Below, in pieces: positions 53,202-63,342 of a stretch of DNA of 64,000 nucleotides. The position numbers and the translations under genes were made by a program. Positions within the stretch are counted from its first letter, which is position 1. Each line of letters begins with the position of its first letter. Location of the stretch: contig PGXU01000005.1 in assembly GCA_002839335.1 (NCBI GenBank), forward strand, positions 28,215 through 92,214. Direction: 5' to 3'. This DNA is from Spirochaetae bacterium HGW-Spirochaetae-4. Its GTDB lineage: Bacteria > Spirochaetota > Spirochaetia > Sphaerochaetales > Sphaerochaetaceae. Below the pieces are notes generated by a model. It was given only the letters and a program-made list of their open reading frames with translations. It was not told where the DNA came from and did not search any database.

Positions 53202-55019
53202 ATGGATAAGAACACCATCCTCGCTATTGTACTCTCGGTTATTGTCATTTCAGTGGGATTGACCATCCAGAGTACATTCTTTGCACCGGATCCAGTAGAA
53301 GCGCCACAAACGGTGGTTACAACCGACATTGGAAGCCAGAGTCCTGCTACAGTCCAGCAGCCCACAACAGATGTCCCGATTTCCTACGCGGCATCTGCCC
53401 AAGCTTGGGATAGCGGTCTTCCAGGATCATTTGTACAGACAGGCACCGCGTCTACACAAGAGAAGTTCAGTTATGAGACAGACGTCTTCATCGTTGAATT
53501 CAATCCTGTAGGAGCCGCTGTTTCCAGTCTCCGTTTGAAAGACCACCTGGACAATGGACAACCCGTAGAGACGATCTTCAACAACGGCGATTATCCGGCA
53601 GCCTTCTCCCTCTATGCAGGAGACGATGCCACAAACCCGATTGATGCGACTTTCAATTATAGGATAGTCCAGGACACAGTCGAATTTTCACAAACATTCG
53701 CGATAGTCGGAACAGACGGTACTCCCACCGATGAAACGTTCACCCTTACAAAGTCATATCGCTTTGGGAAGTCGGATTATCTATTTGAGATTGCCGTCGA
53801 ATTCAAGAATTCCCAGAACAAGGCCATTCCGTTGAATTACAATGGATTCGCCTATACCTTGGCATTCGAACCGCAACTCGGGCCTGAATTCCATGAAACC
53901 CCGGATGGGAACTACACCTATCGAAAATTCTATGTCGAGCAAGATGGGAAGAAGAGTACGCCCAAATTGCGCGACGGGGTATACGAAACCAACGATTTCA
54001 TCACATGGACCGCGATTGCCAGCAAGTATTTCTCTGTGATCGGGATTCCTGATGCGACACGCTACTCGGTGACCCTGACAGAATCGAAATCCGATGATAT
54101 TCCACTTGAATCGAGAATGTATTTCTCGCGCCCTGCCTACAAGACGGCCACAGGGAAGGATATCTTCAGGTTCTATGTCGGTCCGCAGTTGAAGCATCAC
54201 ATGGCAATATACAATGAAGCCGACCAGAATGCGTTCGGTTTGTCAGACCTCCATTTGGAAAAGGCCTTGGACAGCAGTTCATGGCTTGGTTGGTTGGAAG
54301 CTGCCCTCAAATGGTTGCTGCAATTCTTCTATAGTCTGGTTCCCAACTACGGTATTGCCATTATCCTGCTCACCATATTGATCAAGGTGGTCCTCCAGCC
54401 CTTCAGCAAGAAAAGCATGGAGTCGACATCCAAGATGCAGGCTCTCGGGCCACAGATGGAAGAGCTCAAGGCAAAATACAAGGACAATCCGACAAAACTT
54501 AACCAGGAAATGGGAGAACTGTATAAGAAGGAAAAGATCAACCCGCTTGGTGGTTGTCTGCCGATGTTGTTCCAGTTCCCTATTTTCATTGCATTATATG
54601 GCCTTTTGAACAAACACTTCGAGCTACGGGGCGCCATGTTCATCCCCGGGTGGATCGAAGACCTTTCCTTGCCAGAGTCGATCTTGCATTTTTCATCGTT
54701 TTCCCTGCCGTTGATCGGAAGTGACATCAGGTTGCTTCCAATCCTGTACGGAGCTTCAATGATCTTCTCGTTCAAGATAAGCCAGGCGGGTACCCAGCAA
54801 AGTGGCATGACAGGAAAATTCATGATGTACGGAATGCCGGTCATGTTCTTCTTCATCCTGTATAACGCACCTTCCGGATTGCTTCTGTACTGGATGGTCA
54901 TGAACGTCATTTCCATTGGGCAACAGGTCTATATGAATAAGAAGCGAAGGAAAAAGCAGGCGCTTCAGGTTGCGGCGCAACCGGTTTTCCAGCAGCAAAG
55001 AAAACCCAAAAAGAAATGA
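53202..55019 (+). CDS. yidC: Membrane protein insertase YidC
   Basis: ATG at 53202 (RBS aggag). Has an N-terminal TM, a large periplasmic domain and the conserved C-terminal core (NYGIAIILLTILIKVVLQPF, MQALGPQM.ELKAKYKDNP, INPLGGCLPMLFQFPIFIALY). The basic tail is KKRRKKQ. Confidence 0.93.
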   Translation: MDKNTILAIVLSVIVISVGLTIQSTFFAPDPVEAPQTVVTTDIGSQSPATVQQPTTDVPISYAASAQAWDSGLPGSFVQTGTASTQEKFSYETDVFIVEFNPVGAAVSSLRLKDHLDNGQPVETIFNNGDYPAAFSLYAGDDATNPIDATFNYRIVQDTVEFSQTFAIVGTDGTPTDETFTLTKSYRFGKSDYLFEIAVEFKNSQNKAIPLNYNGFAYTLAFEPQLGPEFHETPDGNYTYRKFYVEQDGKKSTPKLRDGVYETNDFITWTAIASKYFSVIGIPDATRYSVTLTESKSDDIPLESRMYFSRPAYKTATGKDIFRFYVGPQLKHHMAIYNEADQNAFGLSDLHLEKALDSSSWLGWLEAALKWLLQFFYSLVPNYGIAIILLTILIKVVLQPFSKKSMESTSKMQALGPQMEELKAKYKDNPTKLNQEMGELYKKEKINPLGGCLPMLFQFPIFIALYGLLNKHFELRGAMFIPGWIEDLSLPESILHFSSFSLPLIGSDIRLLPILYGASMIFSFKISQAGTQQSGMTGKFMMYGMPVMFFFILYNAPSGLLLYWMVMNVISIGQQVYMNKKRRKKQALQVAAQPVFQQQRKPKKK

Positions 55020-55126
55020 AAGGTACCAATACCCCAGGGCAAGCCCTGGACACAAGAGGCTTCGCCTCCTCTACAGCCCCGAGGGGCTCATGTATTGGAC
55101 CTTACGTTTCCGTCATTCGCTCGGGA
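55013..55126 (+). repeat. GC-rich intergenic repeat family, copy 4
   Basis: GAAATGAAAGGTACCAATACCCCAGGGCAAGCCCTGGAC..AGAGGCTTCGCCTCC..AGCCCCGAGGGGCT...CTTACGTTTCCGTCATTCGCTCGGGA. The yidC TGA lies inside the element. Confidence 0.75.
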
Positions 55127-55195
55127 GAGGGCCCATCGTAATGGTTCCTTTCCTCTCGCTTCGTTTGGAAATAATTGTCCTAGGAGATTGAAATA

Positions 55196-55876
55196 ATGGT
55201 AAGAGAATTCGAAGGTAAGACCGAACAAGAGGCTATTGCTTCAGCAATGGCCGAACTTCAACTGGAACAAGACGAATTGGATATAGAAATTGTGGATTCC
55301 GGAAAACGCGGTTTGTTCAAGAAGAGCAATGTCCGTATCCGTGTGTACCTCAATGACGATACGGCACAAGATTCGGAAGTTTCGGAAGAGATCGGGGATG
55401 TGGAAGAATTCGAGCAGCAGGTCATAGATTTCCTTACGATACTGCTGGAAAAGATGGGGTATCCTGGATTTGTAAAGATCAACTACCGGAAAGAGGGCAA
55501 GTTGGCATTGAACGTGGTTTCCGACCACTCTTCGATCATCATCGGCAAAAAGGGAAAGAACCTGGATGCCATCCAACTGATTGTCAATGTGTATGCGGGA
55601 CAATTGAACCCCGGAGTAAAGGTGATAATCGATAGCGAGAATTATCGTATGCGCCATGAGGAGCAGCTGGTCAAACTGGCCTATAGGACTGCCGAGCAGG
55701 TGAAACGCAATGGCCGTTCAAGATTGCTCGACCCCATGAATCCCTTCGAACGAAGGCTGATTCATACAGCGTTGAACGACTTGGAAGGGGTTACGACAAA
55801 AAGCGAAGGCGAAGGATTGTTCAAGCAGGTCAGGATATCCATCGATGATGAATTGCCCCCATTGAGACGGGAATAG
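55196..55876 (+). CDS. jag: Jag/KhpB RNA-binding protein (Jag-N, KH, R3H)
   Basis: An N-terminal Jag domain (EGKTEQEAIASAMAEL), a KH-like middle region and a C-terminal R3H domain (NPFERRLIHTAL). Lies in the yidC-jag context. Confidence 0.9.
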   Translation: MVREFEGKTEQEAIASAMAELQLEQDELDIEIVDSGKRGLFKKSNVRIRVYLNDDTAQDSEVSEEIGDVEEFEQQVIDFLTILLEKMGYPGFVKINYRKEGKLALNVVSDHSSIIIGKKGKNLDAIQLIVNVYAGQLNPGVKVIIDSENYRMRHEEQLVKLAYRTAEQVKRNGRSRLLDPMNPFERRLIHTALNDLEGVTTKSEGEGLFKQVRISIDDELPPLRRE

Positions 55877-55894
55877 GTAGCTGGAGAAATAGTT

Positions 55895-57049
55895 ATGTTG
55901 AGACACGGTAGGCAGATGTTCACAAGTGAATCGGTAAGTGAGGGACATCCAGACAAGGTTTGTGACCAGATATCCGATGCTGTCCTCGATTCTTGTCTGG
56001 CAAAAGACCCCTATTCTCGTGTTGCCTGTGAAACATTCGCTACCACCGATAGAGTAGTGGTAGGTGGAGAGATCACCACACATGCCACCTTTGACGTCGA
56101 TGCGCTGGTCCGGGAAGTCGTCAAGGAAATAGGCTACGATATCGAGGGTTCCGGTTTCGATTACCAGACTGTCCAGGTAATGGAATTCCTCCATCAACAA
56201 TCTCCTGATATTGCAATGGGAGTCGATGCTTCGAGCAGTACGTTCGGCTTGCAGGGTGCAGGTGACCAGGGCATGATGTTTGGGTATGCCTGCACGGAGA
56301 CTCCCGAATTGATGCCGGCACCAATCATGTTCAGCCATAGGATCCTCCAGCGTGCGGCAACACTTCGGAAAGGACGTGATGTAACCTGGTTGCGTCCCGA
56401 TGCGAAGGCACAAGTGACCGTCGTCTATGATCATGGAGTGCCGGTCGGAATAGATACGATCGTCGTATCACATCAGCATGATGAGAATGTACAGCGGGAA
56501 GAATTGGAAGAATACATCAAGACACAAGTCATCCAACCGACTCTCGGTGCCTCCGGACTGCTTTCCGACAAGACCAAATATTATATCAATCCCACAGGCA
56601 GATTTGTAATCGGCGGGCCAACCGGTGACGCCGGATTGACCGGACGAAAGATCATCGTCGATACGTACGGCGGCATGGGGCGTCACGGTGGAGGTGCCTT
56701 CAGCGGCAAGGACCCATCGAAAGTCGACCGGTCGGCAGCGTATATGGCTCGATTCGTGGCAAAAAACCTAGTTGCATGGGAAATGTGCACCCGTTGTGAA
56801 GTCCAGTTCTCCTATGCTATCGGCGTTCCGGAACCGGTCTCGATTCTTGTCGATACCTTCGGTACGGGAATTGTAGATGATGAGGAATTCGAATCGCTGG
56901 TGAGAGCCGAGTTCGACCTGTCTCCAGCCGGTATCATCGAGCAGCTCGATCTGTTGCGGCCTATCTACCGTGCCCATATGAACTACGGTCATTTTGGAAA
57001 ACCAGGAGTCCCCTGGGAGACGATTCTCCCACGACCCAACCTACACTAG
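55895..57049 (+). CDS. metK: S-adenosylmethionine synthase
   Basis: [33 protein letters not shown] and [19 protein letters not shown]. Confidence 0.96.
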   Translation: MLRHGRQMFTSESVSEGHPDKVCDQISDAVLDSCLAKDPYSRVACETFATTDRVVVGGEITTHATFDVDALVREVVKEIGYDIEGSGFDYQTVQVMEFLHQQSPDIAMGVDASSSTFGLQGAGDQGMMFGYACTETPELMPAPIMFSHRILQRAATLRKGRDVTWLRPDAKAQVTVVYDHGVPVGIDTIVVSHQHDENVQREELEEYIKTQVIQPTLGASGLLSDKTKYYINPTGRFVIGGPTGDAGLTGRKIIVDTYGGMGRHGGGAFSGKDPSKVDRSAAYMARFVAKNLVAWEMCTRCEVQFSYAIGVPEPVSILVDTFGTGIVDDEEFESLVRAEFDLSPAGIIEQLDLLRPIYRAHMNYGHFGKPGVPWETILPRPNLH

Positions 57050-58051
57050 CGAAAAGGTCCGTTCTATCTGTGAGCGGACCTCGCCAACCTTGTCCTTGGA
57101 GAATTGGGCTCCCCTTTGCTGGATAATCTCACCCGCCAAGACCGATGCCACATACCCGGCATCTTCTATCCTCAAGTTCTTGCACAAACCATACAGGAAG
57201 CCTGCGGCATAGACATCGCCGGCTCCTGTCGTATCCCTGGGAGTGACCGGTCCCTGAACCGGAATCTTCATCAGGCGGCCCTTGTGAGAAATGAAGGATC
57301 CCATCTTGCCATTCTTGACAATTGCGGTCTCGCACAATTTGCCCATCGATTTGCAGCATTCGTAGGCATCGTAATTGTCAAAAAGGATACGGGCCTCCTC
57401 ATTGTTGGCGAAGACCACATCCGCATGGTCCGAAATCAAGCGGAGGAATTCGTCGCGGTTTCGACCAACGGCGAACGGGTCGGCGATATCGAAGGTGACG
57501 GTAGTATTGGACTGTTTGGCAACTTCCAACGCCAACTTGACCGAAGCCTTTTGCGTTTGCGTATCCCACATGTATCCGGTGAAATGAAAAAAATCAGCTT
57601 GACTGACGGTTTCGACGACCACGTCGGTACTTCCAAAATACCTGTTCGCTCCCAAATAGGTGTTCATCGTCCTCTCGGAATCGGGTGAAATCAGGATAAT
57701 GGAAGAGCCTGTCGGTTCGTCGCAAACAACCAACTCATCCCTAACCTTGAGATCCTTCAAGCGATTCCTGTAGATTTCACCGAATTCATCGGTTCCAACT
57801 TTCCCGGCCAGTGTCACATCGATACCGAGACCTGCCAGGGTTATGATCGTATTGGGGCATGATCCGCCGCAGGAGTAGACCTGTTCCTTTGCCTTGATGT
57901 AGTCAAGAAGCACCGTCCTGCGTTGTTCATCTATGAGGTGCATGGCTCCCTTATGGATACCGAACTTTTCAAGATCATGCTCGGTCACCTGGACTATGAT
58001 ATCGATCAAAGGATTTCCAATTCCATAGACCTTCGGCTGCACATTTTTCAT
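57041..58051 (-). CDS. PfkB-family kinase, adenosine-kinase-like
   Basis: [18 protein letters not shown] and [16 protein letters not shown]. Its 3' end overlaps the metK 3' end by 9 nt (convergent). Confidence 0.8.
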   Translation of the reverse strand: MKNVQPKVYGIGNPLIDIIVQVTEHDLEKFGIHKGAMHLIDEQRRTVLLDYIKAKEQVYSCGGSCPNTIITLAGLGIDVTLAGKVGTDEFGEIYRNRLKDLKVRDELVVCDEPTGSSIILISPDSERTMNTYLGANRYFGSTDVVVETVSQADFFHFTGYMWDTQTQKASVKLALEVAKQSNTTVTFDIADPFAVGRNRDEFLRLISDHADVVFANNEEARILFDNYDAYECCKSMGKLCETAIVKNGKMGSFISHKGRLMKIPVQGPVTPRDTTGAGDVYAAGFLYGLCKNLRIEDAGYVASVLAGEIIQQRGAQFSKDKVGEVRSQIERTFSLV

Positions 58052-58126
58052 GGTTCCATACTACCCGTCTTTTTCCTTCCATTCAACTGGATTGTCAAAC
58101 GGGAGTTTCCCCTGTACCATGGTGCC

Positions 58127-59422
58127 ATGGGTTCATATGTGATCACAGGTGGCTTTCCTTTGAACGGTAGCATCAGAATCAGCGGCAACAAGAATGCCGC
58201 CCTTCCTTGTATCGCCGCAACACTGCTTACGGATAGTCCCGTGATTTTACACAACATACCTGCTATCGAAGATGTCAACGTCATGATCGAACTGCTGAGG
58301 AACCTTGGATCACAAGTCGAATGGATAGGGCAGAACAGTATCCGTATCCATTCGTCGCCAGATCTTTCACATGACAATAGGCAATTGTCCCCACAATTGG
58401 TCGATGCCATCAGGGCTTCGCTCCTATTGGCAGGGCCCATGGTCGCAAGGACCGGCGGTATCTCGTTACCGCCACCGGGCGGGGATGTCATTGGATTCAG
58501 GCGTTTGGACACCCATTTTTTCGCTCTGGAAGCACTCGGCAGTACGTGTAGGATTTCGGATGATGGATTTCTGGAAATCACTTCCAAGGAATTGCATGGT
58601 GCCGCGGTCTTCTTGGATGAAGCTTCGGTGACCGCCACCGAGAATGTCATCATGGCTGCCGTTCTGGCGAAGGGAAAGACAACCATCCGGAACGCTGCGA
58701 GTGAACCGCATGTACAGGATCTTTGTACCCTACTGATCGGCATGGGAGCGGAAATCTCAGGGCTTGGTTCCAACCTCCTTACCATAACCGGTGTCCCGAA
58801 ATTGGGAGGGACAGAATTTTCCATAGGTGCCGATTATATGGAGGTGGGTTCGTTTATCGGGCTGGCTGCCGCAACCGGCGGAGAGCTGGAGCTCACTGGA
58901 GTCGATATTGTACAATTGCCAATGATTGCAAAGGGATTCGGAAGGATCGGTGTCAGCTGGAATGTCACCGGTGCAGATTCGATTCTTGTGCCCAGGGATC
59001 AGAGTCGAATCATACAAAAGACGGTGAGCGGACAGACACATAAGATCGACGATGCACCATGGCCAGGATTCCCGGCGGATCTGTTGAGCATCATCACTGT
59101 CGTCGCAACCCAGATGAGAGGTTCCGTACTCGTCCACGAAAAGATGTACGAATCGCGCATGTTCTTTATCGACTGGTTGATTCGAATGGGGGCGGACATA
59201 ATCCTGTGCGATCCTCATCGTGCGATTGTCAACGGACCCATCCAGTTGAAACCGGCTGAGGTCGCGAGTCCAGATGTCCGCGCGGGTATGGCGTTGGTCA
59301 TCGCCGCGTTATGCGCCGACGGAGTCTCCACGATCCAGAACATCTACCAGATCGAACGAGGATATGAACGGTTGTCGGAGAAGCTTTTAGGTGTTGGAGC
59401 AAAGATACGACGAATGACATAA
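58127..59422 (+). CDS. murA: UDP-N-acetylglucosamine 1-carboxyvinyltransferase
   Basis: The ATG at 58127 gives MGSYVITGGFPLNGSIRISGNKNAALPCIAATLL, then PGGDVIGFRRLD (this homologue has Asp, not the more common active-site Cys, at the RxxD position) and YQIERGYE. The ORF-track start at 57923 overlaps the divergent kinase gene. Confidence 0.9.
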   Translation: MGSYVITGGFPLNGSIRISGNKNAALPCIAATLLTDSPVILHNIPAIEDVNVMIELLRNLGSQVEWIGQNSIRIHSSPDLSHDNRQLSPQLVDAIRASLLLAGPMVARTGGISLPPPGGDVIGFRRLDTHFFALEALGSTCRISDDGFLEITSKELHGAAVFLDEASVTATENVIMAAVLAKGKTTIRNAASEPHVQDLCTLLIGMGAEISGLGSNLLTITGVPKLGGTEFSIGADYMEVGSFIGLAAATGGELELTGVDIVQLPMIAKGFGRIGVSWNVTGADSILVPRDQSRIIQKTVSGQTHKIDDAPWPGFPADLLSIITVVATQMRGSVLVHEKMYESRMFFIDWLIRMGADIILCDPHRAIVNGPIQLKPAEVASPDVRAGMALVIAALCADGVSTIQNIYQIERGYERLSEKLLGVGAKIRRMT

Positions 59423-59440
59423 CCGTTTGTTTTTCAAGGA

Positions 59441-59736
59441 GTTCCATCCACTTTCAAGAGGTTTTCCCACAATCCGTACCACACTATTCAACAAGTTATC
59501 CACAACCTTTTCCCATGGCTGTGGGGATACACAAGGCCAACTACTTGTCAAGCCCGTTAAAGGGCAGGGGGAAACACTTTGCTGGCTATTTGTCAACTTA
59601 TTCTTTATAAAAGAATTAATTGTCTAGTGACTTGGTAGGACCAATGGAATACCTATATAAGAATTATTGGCTTCAATATAGGTATTTAGCCCCCTGCGGA
59701 ACCACTTTCTTCCACAAGTTATCCACAACCTTTTCC
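59441..59736. other. Secondary DnaA-box cluster in a convergent intergenic region
   Basis: Two perfect TTATCCACA boxes (59496-59504, 59719-59727), each inside a 23-nt direct repeat ACAAGTTATCCACAACCTTTTCC (59491-59513, 59714-59736). There are also box-like TTCCATCCAC, TTTTCCCACA, CTGTGGGGATA and CTTCCACA, and an 11-bp inverted repeat AATACCTATAT/ATATAGGTATT (59648-59658 / 59676-59686). Confidence 0.7.
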
Positions 59737-59778
59737 TAACAATCATTTGATATACCATGGACAGATTCCTCGTATGAT

Positions 59779-60969
59779 TCATTTCGATTCTTGTACTGTA
59801 AAAAGCACCGATTCGGTAAGTATTTCAGTGTAGGATAGCCCGTGGGCGTCCTGGGGTGCAAAAACGGAAAGCTGTTCGAGCTCCTTGAACAGCTCCCTCA
59901 CGTTGCCGGGCCAGTCATACCTTCGGATCCTCTCCATGGTATCTGGGTCAGGTCGACGGATCTCACCGATGGATTTCAGGTAATGGTCGATCAACAGCGG
60001 CAAGTCTTCTTTCCTTTCCCGTAGTGGTGGTATCGTAATGATCAACCGATTGAGACGATTGTACAAGTCGAATCGGAGCTTCCCGTCGTCACAGAGTTTT
60101 TGCAACGGTGTATTCGAAGCGGTAATGAGTTTGAATTGTGAGGATTCCGTCCTATCGCTTCCGATAGGCCTGAATAGTTTCGTCTCAAGCAATCTGAGGA
60201 ATTTTCCCTGGACATCCTGTGCAAGATCTTCGATTTCATCAAGGAACAAGATTCCCCCGTCGGCACATTTGACGAATCCTTTTCTCGCTTCCTTGGCATC
60301 CGTATAGGCGCCCCGTTCATTCCCGAAGATATAGGTGTCCGACAATGATTTCGGAATAGAGGAACAATTGACTATGATATAGGGGTCTGGGCATCCCGAC
60401 TCCATCCTTAGCAAAGAGGCGACCACTTCTTTGCCTGTTCCTGTTTCCCCATTGATATGGACCGATGTAAAGGCCGCCCCGATTCTTCTGATGATATTCC
60501 GAATCTTCACCATTGGCTCCGAACTGCCGACAAGTAGCGACGAATGCCAATCCGACGTACTGTTCTCGGTATATCTGAGCAATTGGGAGGCAGTCAGATG
60601 ATTGATAATCGAACAAAGACCTCCCATCTGTATGGAAGCGTCGATCAGCTGATCGATTGAGAAGGGCTTTTTCAGAATACCAAATCCAACGTCTTGCAGA
60701 AAATGGCAGCCCCTTTCGTTTCCTATTTTTCCCGACAGGAAAATCTTTGGTCCGGGAATCTTGTGTGACAACACCGTCTCGAGGATTGGTATCAATCCTC
60801 GTTCCGTATAATTCTCGTCTATGAGTAGGATCGGATGGGTATCGGTTTCGAGCTGTCTTCCCATTTCCTTGAATTGTTCGGTTGAATTCGAAGAATAACA
60901 ACCAAGGTGCAATTGGCGATTGATCGATCCGCGAAGTTTCGGATCCTTGGTAATGAGAAACAACGACAC
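59779..60969 (-). CDS. Sigma-54-type AAA+ enhancer-binding protein with receiver-like N-domain and no C-terminal HTH
   Basis: Walker A GETGTGKE, Walker B GGILFLDEIEDL, RLIITIPPLRERKEDL and WPGNVREL. The GAFTGA loop reads GAYTDA. The protein ends ~40 aa after NVREL. The N-terminal 120 aa are CheY-like (ILLIDEN, ILKKPF), but the usual DD pair is TKD. Confidence 0.8.
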   Translation of the reverse strand: MSLFLITKDPKLRGSINRQLHLGCYSSNSTEQFKEMGRQLETDTHPILLIDENYTERGLIPILETVLSHKIPGPKIFLSGKIGNERGCHFLQDVGFGILKKPFSIDQLIDASIQMGGLCSIINHLTASQLLRYTENSTSDWHSSLLVGSSEPMVKIRNIIRRIGAAFTSVHINGETGTGKEVVASLLRMESGCPDPYIIVNCSSIPKSLSDTYIFGNERGAYTDAKEARKGFVKCADGGILFLDEIEDLAQDVQGKFLRLLETKLFRPIGSDRTESSQFKLITASNTPLQKLCDDGKLRFDLYNRLNRLIITIPPLRERKEDLPLLIDHYLKSIGEIRRPDPDTMERIRRYDWPGNVRELFKELEQLSVFAPQDAHGLSYTEILTESVLFTVQESK

Positions 60970-61039
60970 CTCACCCTTCCTCCTTGGTTACCCATACATG
61001 GTAAGCGAGGATCGGCGATAATGGAATGTCGCAAATATG

Positions 61040-61822
61040 TTACAGGTGGCTTACCAACAGTTGCTGTGCAAGCGCCACAGAAACTACGGCTGCGGTCTCC
61101 GCCCTAAGGATGTTTGTCTTCAGCAGGACGGGATAAAAACCTCCCGAGACCAACTGGTCCACTTCCTTTTCGGAAAAGCCTCCCTCGGAACCGACCACCA
61201 GGGCAATCGGAGTTCGGGGATGAGCCTTGGTATGGCTCTGCAACAATTCGGTAAGCGACAACTGGTTGTCGACCGCCACCTGATGCAACACCATCGCAGT
61301 CCCCCGGTTGTTCCACTCCGAGACGACCATGGAGATATCGATCGGTTCCGCCACTGTAGTCATGACCGGGGACCCGCACTGTTGCAACGCTTCCTTCACC
61401 ACGGTCCCGTACTTGTTTCGCCGTTCCTCTTTCTTTCCGGAAATATCGACAACACAATGTTCACTTGAGACGGGGATGATCCGGGTCACGCCAAGTTCTG
61501 TCGTCTGTCTAATTATCTGCTCCATCTTCTTGCCTTTGCAGAGGCATTGGTAGAGATGAATTTCCGGGAAGGGACCCCGGTACGAGGGGAGGGAATCTGT
61601 GACGGAAGCCGGTTCCGTTCCCGCTCTCTTGCAGGAAAGCCGGCATTCTCCCTTGTCGATTGCAGTGATTGTGATATCCCAAAAGGCTCCGGTGGCATCC
61701 CTGGCGGCGAAGCTGGACCCCTCCTTCATCCGTAGGACGCGTGTCAGGTAGTGGGCATCCTTGCCTGACACGGAAAACAATTCTGTCCCACGGAATGTGG
61801 TGGGCAGTACATATACGCGCAT
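61040..61822 (-). CDS. rsmE: 16S rRNA (uracil1498-N3)-methyltransferase
   Basis: MRVYVLP.....LFSVSGKDAHYLTRVLRMKEG (PUA-like N-domain) and a C-terminal SPOUT domain (ALVVGSEGGFSEKE...LKTNILRAETAA). Confidence 0.88.
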   Translation of the reverse strand: MRVYVLPTTFRGTELFSVSGKDAHYLTRVLRMKEGSSFAARDATGAFWDITITAIDKGECRLSCKRAGTEPASVTDSLPSYRGPFPEIHLYQCLCKGKKMEQIIRQTTELGVTRIIPVSSEHCVVDISGKKEERRNKYGTVVKEALQQCGSPVMTTVAEPIDISMVVSEWNNRGTAMVLHQVAVDNQLSLTELLQSHTKAHPRTPIALVVGSEGGFSEKEVDQLVSGGFYPVLLKTNILRAETAAVVSVALAQQLLVSHL

Positions 61823-63261
61823 TACTTGCCGGTCTCCAGGAACTCCAACGCCCGCTTGAGCACACGGTCGTACTCGGGGTCTGCAACAGGTCTCTCGTCG
61901 AAGGGCATCTGGAAAACATACTCGCGTCTCAACAGCAATCGGTACACATCCTTTTCAAGGGGAGGGTCTTCCCCCACAACCGTATCCATGAAGAGTTCCA
62001 TGTTTTCCGCGGTGAATTCGGGATGTTCTTGTACAAAATCGGCCGCTACGTTGCTGTTGATGAATTCCATGTAGGTATCCATCTGCTCGTCATCGATCTG
62101 CACGTCCTCGAGCTCAATATCAACGGGAATTCCCACCTTGTGGATATCGTTTCCATTGGGGGTCCGGTATTGGCTGGTTGTAAGGGTATAGTAGCCGTCA
62201 CCGAACGGAGACACGACCTGGATCAACCCCTTGCCATAGGTGGTGGTTCCAATCAATGTCGCCCTACCGTTGTCCTTCAATGCACCGGAAAGTATTTCCG
62301 AACTTGAAGCCGAACCCTTGTTCACCAGTACCACAACCGTCATATCTTCGGGAACAATGGTATTGGAAGATGCCACGAAGGTCCTGTTGTTGGTGGAATT
62401 CTTGCTGTTCACATGAACAATCGTCTGGTCCGCCAGCAGCATATCCGCAATATTCATGGTCGAGTCCACAATTCCACCAGGATTGTCCCTAAGGTCGAGG
62501 ATCAACGCGGAGATTCCCTGCTTCATGAAAGAAAGCAACTCCTTGCGAACCTGGTCTCCCGTCGAGTTGGTGAATTGGGTGATGCGCAGATACCCGATAC
62601 CATTTTCGAGCATATCAACGGAAACAGTCGGAACCGATACTATCTTGCGGATGACCGTGACATCGAAAGTCGAATTCCCCCGTTTGATCGATAGCACCAC
62701 CGGCGTGTTGGGAGTTCCCTTCAGCGCCTTGGAGGCCTCGTTCGCCTCCCAATCGTCGACTGCTTCTCCATCGATATGGCTTATCAGGTCTCCGGAACGC
62801 AACCCTGCGGTCTCGGCGGGTGATCCGGGGAACACGGATGTGATATTCACCATATAGGTCTCGGGCTTGGTATAGTCACGGTACTCGATATAGTTCTTCG
62901 AGATGTAGGCACCGATTCCTCCGTAGGTACCAGAGGTCTCTTCACTGAAATCGGCGGCATCCTCGGAAAGGATATAGGCCGAGTACTCGTCTCCAAGGCC
63001 GGTGAACAAGCCTTTCGCCATATTCTCATAGACCGCCTTATGGTCGATGTCGAAGAGGAAGTCACGTTCGACCAGGCGATATAGGAGTTCCAGTTTCTGC
63101 ATATTCGTGGTTATCTCATCATTCGATGCCGGGCGGGAAACTGCGGGAGCTCCGGTAAAGAATGCCGGTATGAGTTTCTCGTCTATTCCGGTTGCCGCTG
63201 CGGCTTGGCTGACCATTGCGGTCAAGACAACCAACAGTATGATGGTTATGATCTTTTTCAT
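61822..63261 (-). CDS. S41-family C-terminal processing peptidase (Ctp/Prc-like)
   Basis: The ATG at 63261 gives a signal peptide, MKKIITIILLVVLTAMVSQAAA. Has a PDZ domain (PGSPAETAGLRSGDLI), the catalytic region VNKGSASSSEILSGALKD and TTYGKGLIQ. The longer ORF-track start would overlap lgt. Confidence 0.88.
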   Translation of the reverse strand: MKKIITIILLVVLTAMVSQAAAATGIDEKLIPAFFTGAPAVSRPASNDEITTNMQKLELLYRLVERDFLFDIDHKAVYENMAKGLFTGLGDEYSAYILSEDAADFSEETSGTYGGIGAYISKNYIEYRDYTKPETYMVNITSVFPGSPAETAGLRSGDLISHIDGEAVDDWEANEASKALKGTPNTPVVLSIKRGNSTFDVTVIRKIVSVPTVSVDMLENGIGYLRITQFTNSTGDQVRKELLSFMKQGISALILDLRDNPGGIVDSTMNIADMLLADQTIVHVNSKNSTNNRTFVASSNTIVPEDMTVVVLVNKGSASSSEILSGALKDNGRATLIGTTTYGKGLIQVVSPFGDGYYTLTTSQYRTPNGNDIHKVGIPVDIELEDVQIDDEQMDTYMEFINSNVAADFVQEHPEFTAENMELFMDTVVGEDPPLEKDVYRLLLRREYVFQMPFDERPVADPEYDRVLKRALEFLETGK

Positions 63262-63342
63262 TCTTCCAATATATAATAATTCATTCAAAGCGGCCACAAA
63301 TGTATGGTTGACCATCATTGTTTCTCGGCGTACACTTCCGCC

